Positions 49,680 to 63,800 of a stretch of 64,000 nt of DNA are shown piece after piece. A program made the position numbers and the translations under genes. How positions within the stretch are numbered: the first letter of the stretch is position 1; every line of letters starts with the position of its first letter. The stretch spans positions 43,019,404 to 43,083,403 of the forward strand of contig NC_090387.1 of NCBI RefSeq assembly GCF_036365525.1. The letters run 5' to 3'. Origin of the DNA: Heterodontus francisci (lineage: Eukaryota). Below the pieces are notes generated by a model. It did not search any database. It saw only the letters and a list, made by a program, of their open reading frames with translations, and was not told where the DNA came from.

Positions 49680-52600
49680 CCCTTCCCTTTCAAGTCTTCT
49701 GTTATCTCCTCCCTCTTCAAAAGATCCACCCTTGATGCCTGTCCTTGCAAAACACTATCCCATTTCCAACTTTCCTTTCCTGTCACAGCACCAAAACGTC
49801 CCTTAGAAATGTCACAAATTCCATCCTTTGTGACTGACTGAAGTAAACTAAGCCTCTTCGGCCTTCTTGACCTGACTGCAGCCTTTGACCACACCATCCT
49901 CCTCCACCTGGTTCCATTTTTATCTGCTCAGTCATAGCCACAGCATCACCTGCAATGGTTTCTTCCCCACTCCAACTTCTGGAATTACTCATCTACATTC
50001 TGTCCCTTGGTGACATTATCCAAAAATACAATGTCAGATTTCACATGTATGCTGCCGACACCAAGTGATACCTTGATACCACTTCTCTTGACTCCTCCAT
50101 TGCATCTGATTTGTCACATTGCTCGTCAGGCATCCAGTATTGGATGAGCAGAAATTACTTTCAATTAAGTATTGGGAAGACCCAAGTCATTGTTTTTGGT
50201 CCCCACCACAAACAAAGTTTCAGAGCAATTGATTCCAGCCTGCTTCTTGGCCACTGTTGCAGGCTAAACCAGACTGTTCATAACTTTGGCATCTTATCTG
50301 ATGCCAAGCTAAACATCCAATCCCATATCCCCCCAATTACCAAGATCATCTACTCCCACCACCATAATAACCCCAGTCTCCATTCCTGCTTCAGTCCATC
50401 TGCTGCTGAAACCCTCATTTATGCTTTTGTTACAAAGAACAAAGAATAGTACAGCACAGGAACAGGCCATTCGGCCCTCCAAGCCTGCACCGATCTTGAT
50501 GCCTGCCTAAACTAAAACCTTCTGCACTTCCGCGGACCGTATGTCTCTATTCCCATCCTATTCATGTATTTGTCAAGATGCCTCTCAAATGTCGCTATCG
50601 TGCCTGCTTCCACCACCGCCCCCGGCAGCACGTTGCGGGCACTCAACACCCTCTGTGTAAAGAACTTGCCTCGCACATCCCATCTAAACTTTGCCTCTCT
50701 CACCATAAACCTACGTCCCCAAGTAACTGACTCTTCCATCCTGGGAAAAAGCTTCTGACTATCCACTCTGTCCATGCCGCTCATAACTTTGTAAACCTCT
50801 AGCATGTCGACCCTCCATCTCTGTCGTTCCAGTGAAAACAATCCGAGTTTATTCAACCTCTCCTCATAGCTAATGCCCTCCAGATCAGGCAACATCCTGG
50901 CAAACCTCTTCTGTACCTTCTCCAAAGCCTCCACGTCCTTCTGGTAGTGTGGCGACCAGAATTGCACGCAATATTCTAAGTGTGGCCTAACTAAAGTTCT
51001 GTACAGCTGCAGCATGACTTGCCAATTTTTATACTCTATGCCCCGACCGATGAAGGCAAGCATGCCGTATGCCTTTTTGACTACCTTATCCACCTGCGTT
51101 GCCACTTTCAGTGACCTGTGGACCTGTACGCCCAGATCTCTCTGCCTGTCAATACTCCTAAGGGTTCTGCCATTTATTGTATACTTCCCACCTGCATTAG
51201 ACCTTCCAAAAATGCATTACCTCACATTTGTCCGGATTAAACTCCATCTGCCATTTCTCCACCCAAGTCTCCAACCGATCTATATCCTGCTGTATCCTCC
51301 GACAATCCTCATCACTATCCGCAACTCGACCAACCTTTGTGTCTTCCGCAAACTTACTAATCAGACCAGCTACATTTTCCTCCAAATCATTTATATATAC
51401 TACAAAGAGCAAAGGTCCCAGCACTGATCCCTGCGGAACACCACTAGTCAATCCCTCCATTCAGAAAAGCACCCTTCCACTGCTACCCACTGTCTTCTAT
51501 GACTGAGCCAGTTCTGTATCCATCTTGCCAGCTCACCTCTGATCCCGTGTGACTTCACCTTTTGTACTAGTCTGCCATGAGGGACCTTGTCAAAGGCTTT
51601 ACTGAAGTCCATATAGATAACATCCACTGCCCTTCCTTCATCAATCATCTTTGTCACTTCCTCAAAAAACTCAAATCAAATTAGTGAGACACTACCTCCC
51701 CTTCGCAAAACCATGCTGCCTCTCGCTAATAGGTTCGTTTGTTTCCAAATGGGAGCAAATCCTGTCCCGAAGAATCCTCTCTAATAATTTCCCTACCACT
51801 AACTTAAGGCTCACGGGCCTATAATTTCCTGGATTATCCTTGCTACCCTTCTTAAACAAAGGAACAACATTGGCTATTCTCCAGTCCTCTGGGACCTCAC
51901 CTGTAGCCAATGAGGATGCAAAGATTTCTGTCAAGGCGCCAGCAATTTCTTCCCTTGCCTCCCTCAGTATTCTGGGGTAGATCCCATCAGGCCCTGGGGA
52001 CTTATCTACCTTAATGCTTTGCAAGACACCCAACACCTCCTTTTTGATAATGAGATGACTGAGACTATCTACACTCCCTTCCCTAGGCTCATCATCGACC
52101 AAGTCCTTCTCTTTGGTGACTACTGATGCAAAGTACTCATTTAGTACCTCGCCCATTTCCTCTCGCTCCACACATAGATTCCCTTCTCTGTCCTTGAGTG
52201 GGCCAACCCTTTCCCTAGTTACCCTCTTGCTCTTTATATACGTATAAAAAGCCTTGGGATTTTCTCCAGACACAACCATTCCAATGCTTTCCTGATTGGC
52301 TGCCCACCTCCTGTCCTCCATAAACTTGAGCTCATCCAAAACTATGCTGCCCATGTGACTCACACCAAAGACCTGTTCACCCATCACCCTATGCTCAATG
52401 ATGTACATTGGCTTCCGGTCCAGCAATGCCTCAATTTGAAAATTCTCATTCTTATATTCAAATTCCTGCATGGCCTTGTTCCTCCCCATTTTTATAACCT
52501 CCTCCAGCCCCATGTCCCTGGGAATTCTGCCTTCCTCCCAATCTTATCTCTTGTGTGTGGATGATTTCTTTCACCCCTTCATCTGCAGCCATGCCTTCAG

Positions 52601-52790
52601 CTGTCCAAAGCACTCTCTCCTCAAGATAAGCCTTAAAACCTACCTGTTTGACCAAGCTTCTTTGACCAAATACCTGTCCTATTATGTCGTTATGTAACAT
52701 GTCAAATTTTGTCTGATATCACTCCTGTGAAGTGTCAAGGGATGTTTTATTGCATTAAAGGCACTATATAAAATGTAAGTTGTTGTTGTT
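49680..52790 (+). mobile_element. L2 LINE fragment interrupted by CR1 (pieces about 49680-50432 and 52264-52790)
   Basis: LLDLTAAFD, HMYAADT, WMSRNYFQLSIGKT, ETLIYAFVT|SR, HWLPV, and a (GTT)n tail. Confidence 0.82.
50433..52263 (-). mobile_element. CR1 LINE 3' portion
   Basis: KSPGPDGIYPRIL, MDFSKAFDKVPH, SGVPQGSVLGPLLF, RPHLEYCVQFWSP, and a (TTCTTTG)n tail. Confidence 0.93.
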
Positions 52791-53477
52791 AAAGGGACAC
52801 TGTCTTTATCAGCAGTGATGGAAAAGAGTCATGAATCATTTTCTTCCTGATGAGGTCAGGTTCAAGTGGTGTCAAGATGTTTATGTAGTGTAAAAATACA
52901 GATTGTCATAAATTGAATACTCAGTGAAATGATGCAAAGAATCAAAATAGTTTTTCCAGTGAATTCAGAATAAAAACAATCCTGATTGAGGTGATTTGGT
53001 CACATTAATAGTAATTTTTATTTATGTGTATGTTTAATCCATATTATATGCTACAGATTCTTGTCAAAAATTTGACTCAACGTGATAGGTCTGTTTAAAG
53101 TCTTCAAACACTAAATCAAAATAACTTCTAAAAGCCAGTTAGTTGACATTATACACTAAAGTCTGGCTGCTTTTGAAACATCACAAGCAATCTCTGGGTC
53201 CACCACTAATAACTCATAGTTTAAAACTTTCCTTCCAATATCCTTTAGGCTTTTAATGGCTGCTTTATAAGCCAGTGAAGCTACGGCTGCGTATAATTAT
53301 TCTCATTATTTATAGCAGAATTCTTCCCATGATTACTAGAGTAACATTTAAAATTACGAGCTATATACTGTAATCATGACTAGCATAAAATCTAAGATTT
53401 AGAAGCAGAAAATAATTTTTTAAAGCATTTCCTTAAGTGATAAAAATTATGGAAACAGAATTCAGAGAAAAACTAGG

Positions 53478-53796
53478 AGGGGTGGTACAGTGGTTAGCAC
53501 CACAGCCTCACAGCTCCATTGACCTGGTTTCAGTTCTGGGTACTGCCTGTGTGGAGTTTGCAAGTTCTCCCTGTGACCGCGTGGGTTTCTGCTGGGTGCT
53601 CCGGTTTCCTGCCAAAGACTTGCAGGTTGATAGGTAAATTGGCCATTGTAAACTACCCCGAGGGTAGGTGGTAGGAGAATGCTGGGGATGAGGTAGGGAA
53701 TATGAGATGAATGTAGGATTAGTATAAATGGGTGGTTGTTGGTTGGCACAGACTCGGTGGGCCGAAGGGCCTGTTTCAGTACTGTATCTCTCTATA
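53478..53796 (+). mobile_element. V-SINE, same family as 25585-25926
   Basis: CAGTGGTTAGCACCACAGCCTCACAGCTCC head, V-domain, GGGCCGAAGGGCCTGTTTCAGT tail. Confidence 0.85.
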
Positions 53797-53814
53797 AAAA
53801 ACAAAGTTTCCTTC

Positions 53815-53990
53815 TTTTTGAGAGAGGTAGATTCTTGAACTATTGGGGATATCAAGGGTTATAAGGAATAGGCAAGAAAGTGGAGTTGAGGCCAAAATCA
53901 GATCAGCCACGATCTTATCGAATGACAAAGCAAACTCAAGGGGCCATATGGCCTACTCCTGCTCCTATTTCTTGTGTTGTTATGTTCACA
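53815..53990 (+). mobile_element. CR1 3' UTR fragment
   Basis: GATCAGCCACGATCTTATCGAATG..GGCCTACTCCTGCTCCTATTTCTTG, as in the other CR1 ends here. Confidence 0.75.
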
Positions 53991-54562
53991 TGCTTTAATT
54001 TTGTACACAAAGACAGCCATTGACCAGTGACTGCAAAATTCTGGGGTCTTCCATCCTGCTATAACATTTCCAAGCATCTTCAGAAAGCATTTACTGCAGA
54101 TCATTGCTAACGATTTAAGTTATATTTTAATACACAATGTGTATGTTAATAGGACACCCTTCTATAGTGTCCACATGCAATCTGTCCTTTTATGTACATA
54201 TATGCTTTCCAATTATAGTATTCGGGTGCGCTAGAGACAGTTAGTCACAATTATGGAATGAAAACTTGAGGCTCAAAAATATTTCTGTAATGTTTACTGC
54301 AGTAAATAAATAAGCATTCCACGCAAATCTGATAAGAACTGATTTTGTTTTAATTATAGAAGCCATAAACATAGGATACTTATTAGCTGTACGACTTTAA
54401 TGGACCATTTCTTCGTAACTAGGCTGTCAGACACTAATATTATTAGCATATATAGAGTAATTTTGAAAAGAATCTCAAGTATAATTCAACAATCTTATAC
54501 TTAGTGAAATAATTCCTAAATTTATAACAAAATATAAACACAAATCATGAAACATGCCTTAC

Positions 54563-54649
54563 ATCTGCAGAAATGTCATTTTTAGTCCAGCATGGTGGGA
54601 CAGTGGTTTGCTGGTCATTATCACGCCCATATACTGTGCATACTGATAC
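54563..54649 (-). CDS. Candidate 87-nt internal exon of an unidentified host gene
   Basis: TTTAATGTAG|GTATCA...GCAGAT|GTAAGG. Length is a multiple of 3, two frames are open (VSVCTVYGRDNDQQTTVPPCWTKNDISAD or YQYAQYMGVIMTSKPLSHHAGLKMTFLQ), and GC is higher than in the unique AT-rich flanks. Confidence 0.4.
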
Positions 54650-54871
54650 CTACATTAAATTAAGCTTATATCAGGGATGGACAAATACCCATGAAATAGT
54701 GAAACTGTGAATTTGGGATAATTTATGCTATATATATGTACAAGTATTGATATGGGATCCTTCCCAGAACCTCGTAAATTATGAATATCTGGTACCATTT
54801 AGGTTTTATGTATATTAAGCAGAGGCAGAAAAGAATGCTCTTTTGAAACAGGAGCACATCTTGTTTGCGTT

Positions 54872-56752
54872 CAGCACAGTAGCATAGTGGTTATCTTACT
54901 GGACGAGTAGAGGCCTGGACTATTGATTTGGAGGCATGAGTTCAAATCCTACCACGGCAACTGGGGAATTTAAATTCAATTAATTAAGTTGAAATGTGGA
55001 ATAGAAAACTAACTATTACCATGAAACTACCACATTATAAAGACCTATCAGGTTCACTAGGTCCTTTAGTGAAGGAAATCTTCCATCCTTACCTGGTCTG
55101 GCCTAAATGTACCCCAGATCCACATCAATGTGGCTAACTCTCAACTGCCCTCTGAAATCATGCTATATGGCATTACCAGCATACTAAATTAGATAGATTC
55201 AAACAGATCTAGCAGCTCAAATCTGGGCATGCATGAGGCAACTTCACTCATCAGCAGCAGAATTGTATTCTACCACAGTCTGTAATGTTATGCTTTTGTA
55301 TATCCCTTACTCCACCATCACCGTCAAGCCAGGGGACTAACACTGACTCAGTGAGAAGTGTAGGACAGTGTGCCAGGAGCAGCACCAAGCATACCTAAAC
55401 ATGAGGTGCCAACCTGGTGAAGCTACAACAGAGGACTACATGCATGCTAAATAGCAGAAGCAGCATTTTATAGATAAGAGTTAAGTGATCCCACAGCTAA
55501 TGGATCAAGCAGTACTTAGCTTACTCACTCATAACCTGCTCACTGATGCACAGTTTGGGTTCTGCCAGGATCACTCAGCTCCAGACTTCATTACAGCCTT
55601 GGTCCAAAAGTGGACCAAGGAGCTGAACTCCAGAGGTGAGGTGAGGTGAGGTGAGGGTGACTGCCCTTGACAAGGCAGCATCAAGAACCCCAGTAAACCT
55701 GAAGTCAATGGGAATCAAGAGAAAAACCCTCCACTGTTTGGAGGACTGTACCTAGCATGAAGGAAGCTGGTTGAAGTTGATGGAGGCCAATCATCTCATT
55801 CCCAGGACATCGCTGCAGGAATTCGTCAGGACAATGTCCTAGGCCCAAACATTTTCAGCTGCTTCATCAATGACCTTCCCTCCATAAAGTCAGCAGTGGG
55901 GACTTTTGCTGATGATTGAAGATTGTTCAGTACCATTCAGTCCACCCCAGATAATGAAGCAGTCTGTGCCCGGGCGCAGAAATTCCCAGATAACATTCAG
56001 GCTTGGGCTGATAATTGGCAAGTTGCATTCATACCACACCAGATAATGACCATTTCCAACAAGACAATCTAAGCACCTCCCCTTGACATTCAATGGGATT
56101 ACCCTTGCTGAATCTACCATCAAAATCTTGGGGGTTACTATTAACCAGAAACTTAACTGAACAAATTACATAAATATGGTGGCTACAAGAGCAGGTCACA
56201 GCTTAAGAAGTCTGCAGTCAGTAAATTACCTCCCGACTGCCCAAAACCTTTCCACCATCTACAAGGCACAAGTCAGGAGTGTGATGTAATACTCTCCACT
56301 TCCTTCGATGGCTGCAGCTCCAACAATACTGAAGAAGCTCAACACCATCCAGGACAAAGCAGCCCCCTGAGTGGCACCCTATTCACCACCTTAAACATTC
56401 ACTTCCTCCATCACTGGCACACAGTGTGTACCATCTACAAGATGCACTGCATCAACATACTATGGCTTCTTTGACAGCACCTCCCAAACCTGGGGCCTGT
56501 ACCACTGAGAAGGACAAGGGCAGCAAGCACACAGGACCACCACCTGCAAGTTCCCCTCCAAGTCATTCACCAACTTGACTTGGATCACCATTCCTTCATC
56601 GTCACTGGGTCAAAATCCTGGATCTCCCTCCCTAGCAGCACTGTGGGAATGCAGTAGTTCAAGAAAGAGACTCACCACTACCTTTTGAAAGGCAATGAGG
56701 GCAATAAATGCTGACCTTGCCAGCGATGCCCACATCCCATGAAAGAATAAAA
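54872..56752 (+). mobile_element. Internally deleted CR1/L2-group LINE preceded by a tRNA-like SINE head
   Basis: TAGCATAGTGG (A box) and GAGTTCAAATCC (B box) at 54880-54950. From about 55170 it is homologous to the 32560-35125 LINE through its 3' end. Confidence 0.75.
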
Positions 56753-57044
56753 ATATCAAGTAACCAATAATGTGCTTCAAATCTGAATAATTATGATCAC
56801 TGTTTCTAGCAAATCATTTCACACAAATAATAGAAGACCAGAGTCTTCAGGATGTCTTATTGACTACATTCAGAATCTTTTTGCAAATGCAGCACCCATT
56901 GCATACATACAATGAACAGGCAAGGAAATGCTTATCAGAAGGGAGAACTAATGTTGGCAGGACTTTTCGAATTAGATTAAAATAAATTGATTGTACAGGG
57001 AAAATGACATAGAGGAATAGGCACAAACTAACTGAGAACCTTCT

Positions 57045-57652
57045 CTTCTTTCTTTGGCCTCCTTATCTCGAGAGACAATGGGTAAGCGCCTGGAGGTGGT
57101 CAGTGGTGTGTGGAGCAGCGCCTGCAGTGGCTATAAAGGCCAATTTTAGAGTGACAGGCTCTTCCACAGGTGCTGCAGAAAAATTTGTTTGTCGGGGCTG
57201 TTACACAGTTGGCTCTCCCCTTATGCTTCTGTCTTTTTTTCCTGCCAACTGCTAAGTCTCTTCGACTTGCCACACTTTAGCCCCGCCTTTATGGCTGCCC
57301 GCCAGCTCTGGCGAATGCTGGCAACTGACTCCCACGACTTGTGATCAATGTCACAGGACTTCATGTCACGTTTGCAGACGTCTTTAAAGCGGAGACATGG
57401 ACGGCCGGTGGGTCTGATACCAGTGGCGAGCTCGCTGTACAATGTGTCTTTGGGGATCCTGCCATCTTCCATGTGGCTCACATGGCCAAGCCATCTCAAG
57501 CGCCGCTGACTCAGTAGTGTGTATAAGCTGGGGATGTTGGCCGTCTCGAGGACTTCTGTGTTGGAGATACGGTCCTGCCACCTGATGCCAAATATTCTCC
57601 GGAGGCAGCGAAGATGGAATGAATTGAGACGTCGCTCTTGGCTGACATACGT
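57045..57652 (-). mobile_element. RTE LINE short 3' fragment
   Basis: ORF 57221-57700 matches the 29671-30847 ORF. 12-bp TSD TGAGAACCTTCT at 57033-57044 and 57653-57664. Confidence 0.93.
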
Positions 57653-59322
57653 TGAGAACCTTCTACCACCATATAAACTGTAAGTTCTAATATTCACCAA
57701 AATATCAAACTAAATATGAATAGGACTGAGATTGTTTGGTTTTTGACTGTCCAATTTCGTTTTTAAGTAGGCTATTCAGATCTTGCTAAAACAAATTTTA
57801 AGAATTTAATTCTAATTTTTCCTCATATTTGGATCATCTGAGGTGGAGGCATTATTTATTTAGTCTTTCAACAAGTTTTCATGAGCAATCATAACTCAAG
57901 ACATGCTCCTCTCTTTGTCCACCCCTATTCTACTCACTCTCCTACCTTAGGCTTGTCAAAAGTTGGCAACCCCAACTACAATCAAATCCTCATTAATTAA
58001 TTTTTCATTCAGTGTCACAAGTTGAAAACCAAGAGAAGAATTTTCTGTAACATTACTGTCAATTGTAAAAGCAAGAAATAAACCTTTACATCAACCATGG
58101 CACAGCTGACCACTGGGCATTGTTGACGTGTGGAACAAAATAGCATTGCAGCAAGAGTAATTAGTATTGATAGCTATGTTGCTCCTTTCCAATTTACAGG
58201 TTTAAATAAAAGATTTCAGTGAGAGATACTCTGAATGGATAACTAATGCCAGTGCTTCATAACTCATGACGGGCTACACCATACCCATTTGTTTATCTAG
58301 TCATTTGCTAAATACTAAATATTACAGTTCTTTAGGAAATTGGGGTTTAACAGCTCAGGATGCTGATAATTCAGCAATTATTTTAACTGTGCAATAATGA
58401 TGCCCAATTACATGGCATGTGGACAGTTTTTGCTCCCCTCCCTCTCTCCACATTATCAGAACAGCTGGATTTCTAATAACTAGGGAGGAAACATGAAGAG
58501 ATTAGTAGATAAAAATCAACCAGTGGTGCTTTGCTTCTGCTTTTATGTGATGCAAATTTCCTGGATAAGAGCCTGAACTACTATACACTTGTAGTATCTT
58601 TTAAGATTCTTGTCCAGATCAAAGAACCACAACTTTGAAGACCCATGGAATACATCAATTTTGAACTATACTTCAAGAAGATTGCATTTGAAAATATCAA
58701 AAAGTCAGGCAGCTGATTCATTCGTAATTCTCCAAACTTCATTTAAATTCGTCATATATAGTTAAATTAAATGTATTTTAAGGTGAAACTTAATCGCCAA
58801 AAGCTATTTTGAAGGACTTTTTTGTTATCTTGCTGGTAAATAGTAAGAAGCAGCATTTTTGTGCTTGTCAGGGGGGACAGAAGACTGATGAAGCAACCTG
58901 TAGATATGAAAACTAAAAGATATAATGTTGGACAAGAACACTCAGAACCTTGTAAGACTTGCAAATAATGTAACATACAGGAAACTAAAACTTTCCTTAA
59001 AGTACTATAGACAATGCCTTTTATTGGGTCAGTTAGATTCCTTGAATTATACTGGCTGGATGGGGGTTTTCAGTTCCTTGCCTGATGATGGGACCTTGAC
59101 TGTTTTGAGAGCTGCTGTGGTTAAAAACCATCTAATTTATCCAACAAAATGCATTATACAACAGTTTCAAATATTTTCCTGGAAATATTAATATTTGTAT
59201 CTATGTAAGTGACTCAACATTAACATCAGAATCTCTATAATGAGACACGGAGTGATGTAACTGACGTGTGGAGACAGCTTTGCTGTAGGCTTGGTAACAC
59301 CTAGCATAAAGATACTGCTTGA

Positions 59323-60800
59323 ATCATAGAATTGTTACAGCACAAAAGGAGGCCATTTGGCCCATCATGTCTGCACCAGCTCTCAGAGTGAGCAATTCAC
59401 TTAGTGTCATTCCCCCACCTTCTTCCCATAACCCTGCACATTCTTCCTTTTTAGATAAATATCTAATTCCCTCTTGAATGCCTTGATTGAATCTACCTCC
59501 ACCACATTCTCTAGCAATGCATTCCAGATCCTAATCACTCGCTGCATGAAAAGGTTTTTCCTCGTGTCGCCATTGCTTCTTTTGCCAATTACTTTAAATC
59601 TCTGCCCTCTCATTCTTGATCCTTTCATGAATGGAAACAGTTTCTCCCTATCTGCTCTGTCCAGACCCGTCATGATTTTGAATACCCCTATCAAATCTCC
59701 CCTCAGCCTTCTCTTCCCCAAAGAAAAGAGTCCCAACTTCTCCAATCTATCTTCATAAATGAAGTTTCTCATTCCTGGAACCACTCTCTCCAATGCCTTC
59801 ACATCGTTCCTCAAATGCAGCACCCAGAACCGGACACAATACTCTAGTTGATGCTGAACCAGTGTTTTATACAAGTTTAATATAACCTCCATACTCTTGT
59901 AGTCCATGCCCCTATTTATAAAGCCCAGGATACTGTATGCTTTATTAACCACTCTCTCAACCAATCCTGCCACCCTCAATGACTTATGAACATAAAACCC
60001 AGGTCCCTCTGCTCCTGCAACCCCTTTAGAATTGTACCCTTTATTTTATATTGTCTCTCCATGCTCTTCCTGCCAAAATGAATCGCCTTACACTTCTCCG
60101 CATTGAACTTCATCTGTCACCCATCTGTCTGCCCATTCCACCAACCTGTCCATGTCCCTTTGAAGTTCCACACTATCTTCCTCATTTCACAATGCTTCCA
60201 AGTTTCGTATCAACTGCACATTTTGAAATTGTGCCCTGTACACTATGGTCTATGTCAGGAATATATATCAAGAAGACCAAGGGTCCCAACACTGACCCCT
60301 GGGAAATTCCACTACAAGCCTACGTCCAGTCCAAAAAACATCCATTTTCGTATCCATGTTGCTACTGTCCCTTTTATTTCACGGGCTATAAATTTTGCTT
60401 GCAAGTTTGTTGTGCGGTACAGTATCAAATACCTTTTGGACGTCCATATACATCACATCCACAGCATTACCCTCATCAATCCCAGGAATGAATAAAAAAC
60501 ACGCTCTGTTACCTCTTCAAAAAACTCCAACAAATTAGTTAAACATGATTTTCCCTTAATTAACCTGCATTTGTCCAAGTAACTATTAATTTTGTCCCGA
60601 CTAGAATTTTGCCACCACTGAAGTTAAACTGACTGGCCTGTAGTTGCAGGACTTATTGTTACACCATTTTTTGAACAAGGGTGCAACATTTGTAATTTTC
60701 CAGTCTTCTGGCATCACCCGAGTTTAAGGAAGACTGGAAAATTATGGCCAGTACATCCGCAATTTCCACTCTCACTTCCCTCAGTATCTTTCAGGTATGG
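59323..60800 (-). mobile_element. CR1 LINE 3' portion, decayed
   Basis: ORF 59407-59979 (NKAYSILGFINRG..LEYCVRFW..QRVIRIWNAL), with RT upstream. Confidence 0.88.
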
Positions 60801-60802
60801 TT

Positions 60803-63800
60803 TCATAGAAACATAGAAAATAGGAGCAGGAGTAGGCCATTTGGCCCTTCGAGCCTGCTCTGCCATTCATTATGATCATGGCTGATTATCCAACTCAGTA
60901 ACCTATTCCTGCTTTCGTCCCATATCCTTTGATCCCTTTAAACCCAAGAGCTAACTCCTTGAAAACATACAATGTTTTAGCCTCAACTGCTTTCTGTAGT
61001 AGCGAATTCCACAGGTTCACCACTCTCTGGGTGAAGAAATTTCTCCTCATCTCAGTCCTGAATGGTTTACCCCGTATCCTTAGACTATGACCCCTGGTTC
61101 TGGACTCCCCCACCATCGGGAACATCCTTCCTGCATCTACCCTGTCAAGTCCTGTTAGAATTTTATAGGTTTCTATGAGATCCCCCTTCACTCTTCTGAA
61201 CTCCAGCAAATATAATCCTAACCAACTCACTCTCTCCTCATACGTCAGTCCTGCCATCCCAGGAATCAGACTGGTAAACCTTCACTGCACTCCCTCTATA
61301 GCAAGAACATCCTTCCTCAGATAAGGAGACTAAAACTGCACACAATATTCCAGGTATGGCCTCACCAAGGCCCTGTATAATTGCAGCAAGACATCCCTAC
61401 TCCTGTACTCGAATCCTCTCGCTATGAAGGTCAACATACCATTTGCCTTGTTTACCGCCTGTTGCACCTGCATGCTTACCTGCAACGACTGGTGTACGAG
61501 AACACCCGGGTCTCGCTGCATATTCCCCTCTCTCAGTTTATAGCCGTTCAGATAATAATCTGCCTTCCTGTTTTTGCTACCAAAGTGGATAACCTCACAT
61601 TTATCCACATTATACTGCATCTGCCATGCATTTGCCCACTCACTCAACTTGTCCAAATTACCCTGAAGCCTCTCTGCATCCTCCTCACAACTCACCCTCC
61701 CGCCCAGTTTTGTGTCATCTGCAAACTTGGAGATATTACATTTAGTTCCCTCATCTAAATCATTAATATATATTGTGAATAGCTGGGGTCTTAGCACTGA
61801 TCCCTGTGGTACCCTACTAGTCACTGCCTGCCATTCGGAAAAAGTCCCATTTATCCCTACTCTTTGTTTCCTGTCTGCCAACCAATTTTCTATCCATCGC
61901 AATACACTACCCCCAATTCCATGCGCTTTAATTTTACACGCTAATCTCTTATGTGGGACTTCGTCGAAAGCCTTCTGAAAGTCCAAATAAACCACATCCA
62001 CTGGCTCCCCCTCATCAACTCTACTGGTTACATCCTCAAAGAATTCTAGTAGATTTGTCAAGCCTGATTTCCCTTTCCTAAATCCATGCTGATTCTGTCC
62101 GATTCTACTACTGTTCCCCAAGTGCTCTGCTATAAAATCTTTGATAATGGACTCCAGAATTTTCCCCACTACCGATGTCAGACTGACTGGTCTATAATTC
62201 CCTGCTTTCTCTCTCCCTCCCTTTTTAAATAGTGGAGTTACATTAGCTACCCTCCAATCTGTAGGAACTGTTCCAGAGTCTATAGAATCTTGGAAGATGA
62301 CCACCAATGCATCCACTATTTCTAGAGCCACTTCCTTAAGTACTATGGGATGCATACCATCAGGCCCTAGGGATTTATGGCGTTCAATCCCATCAATTTC
62401 CCCAACACCATTTCTCTACTAACAATGATTTCCTTCAGTTCTTCTCTCTCATCAAATCCTTTGTTCCCCAACATTTCTGGTATGATATTTGTGTCCTCCT
62501 TTGTGAAGACAGAACCAAAGTATGCATTTAGTTGGTCAGCCATTTCTTTGTTCCCCATAATAAATTCCCCTGTTTCTGACTGGAAGGGACCTACATTTGT
62601 CTTCACTAATCGTTTTCTCTTCACATACCTATAGAAACTTTTACAGTCAGTTTTTATGTTCCCCGCAAGCTTGCTCTCGTACTCTATTTTCCCTTTCTTA
62701 ATCAATCCCTTGGTTCTCCTTTGCTGAATTCTAAACTGCTCCCAATCCTCAGGTCTGTTGTTTTTTCTGGCGAATTTATATGTCTCTTCCTTGGATCTAA
62801 TGCTATCTCTAATTTCCCTTGTAAGCCATGGTTTGGCTACCTTTCCCGTTTTACTTTTGCACCAGACAGGAATAAACAATTGTTGCAGTTGATCCATACA
62901 CTCTTTGAATGTTTGCCATTGCCTTTCCACCGTCGTCCCTTTAAGTAACGTTTCCAATCCATCAGAGCCAACTCGTGCCTCATACCTTCGTAGTTTCCTT
63001 TACTAGGATTCAGGACCCTAGTCTCAGAATCAACTACGTCATACTCCATCTTGATGAAGACTTCTTTAATATTATGGTCGCTCATCCCCAAGGGGTCTTG
63101 CAAAACTAGATTGTCAATTATTCCTCTCTCATTACACAATACCCAGTCTAGGGTGGCCTGTTGGTTCCTCAACGTATTGGTCCAGAAAACCATCCCGTAT
63201 ACACTCCAAGAATTCCTCCTCTACGGTATTGTGACTAATTTGATTTGCCCAATTTATATGGAGATTAAAGTCACCCATAATTACAGATGTTCCTTTATCG
63301 CATGCATCTCTAATTTCCTGTTTAATGCCATTCCCAACATCACCACTGCAGTTTAGGGGTCTATATACAACCCCCACTAACATTTTTTGCCCTTTAGTGT
63401 TTCTCAGGTCTACCCATACAGATTCCACTTTGTCAGAGTTAATATCTTTCCTCACTATTGCGTTAATTTCCTCTTTAACCAGCAATGCAACTCCACCGCC
63501 TTTTGCTTTTTGTCTGTCCTTCCTAAATACTGAATATCCCTGGATGTTCATTTCCCATTCCTGGTCACCTTGCAGCCATGTCTCCATAATCCCGACTATA
63601 TCAGACCCATTTACATCTATTTGCGTGATTAATTCATCCACTTTATTGTGAATGCTCCGCGCGTCAAGGCACAAAGCCTTAAAGCTTGTCTTTTTAACAT
63701 TACTTGGCCCTTTCCCACTATTTTTCACTGTGGCCCTGTTTGATTTTGGCCCTTGATTTCTCTGCCTATCAATTTTCTTATTCCCCTTCCTGTCTTTTGT

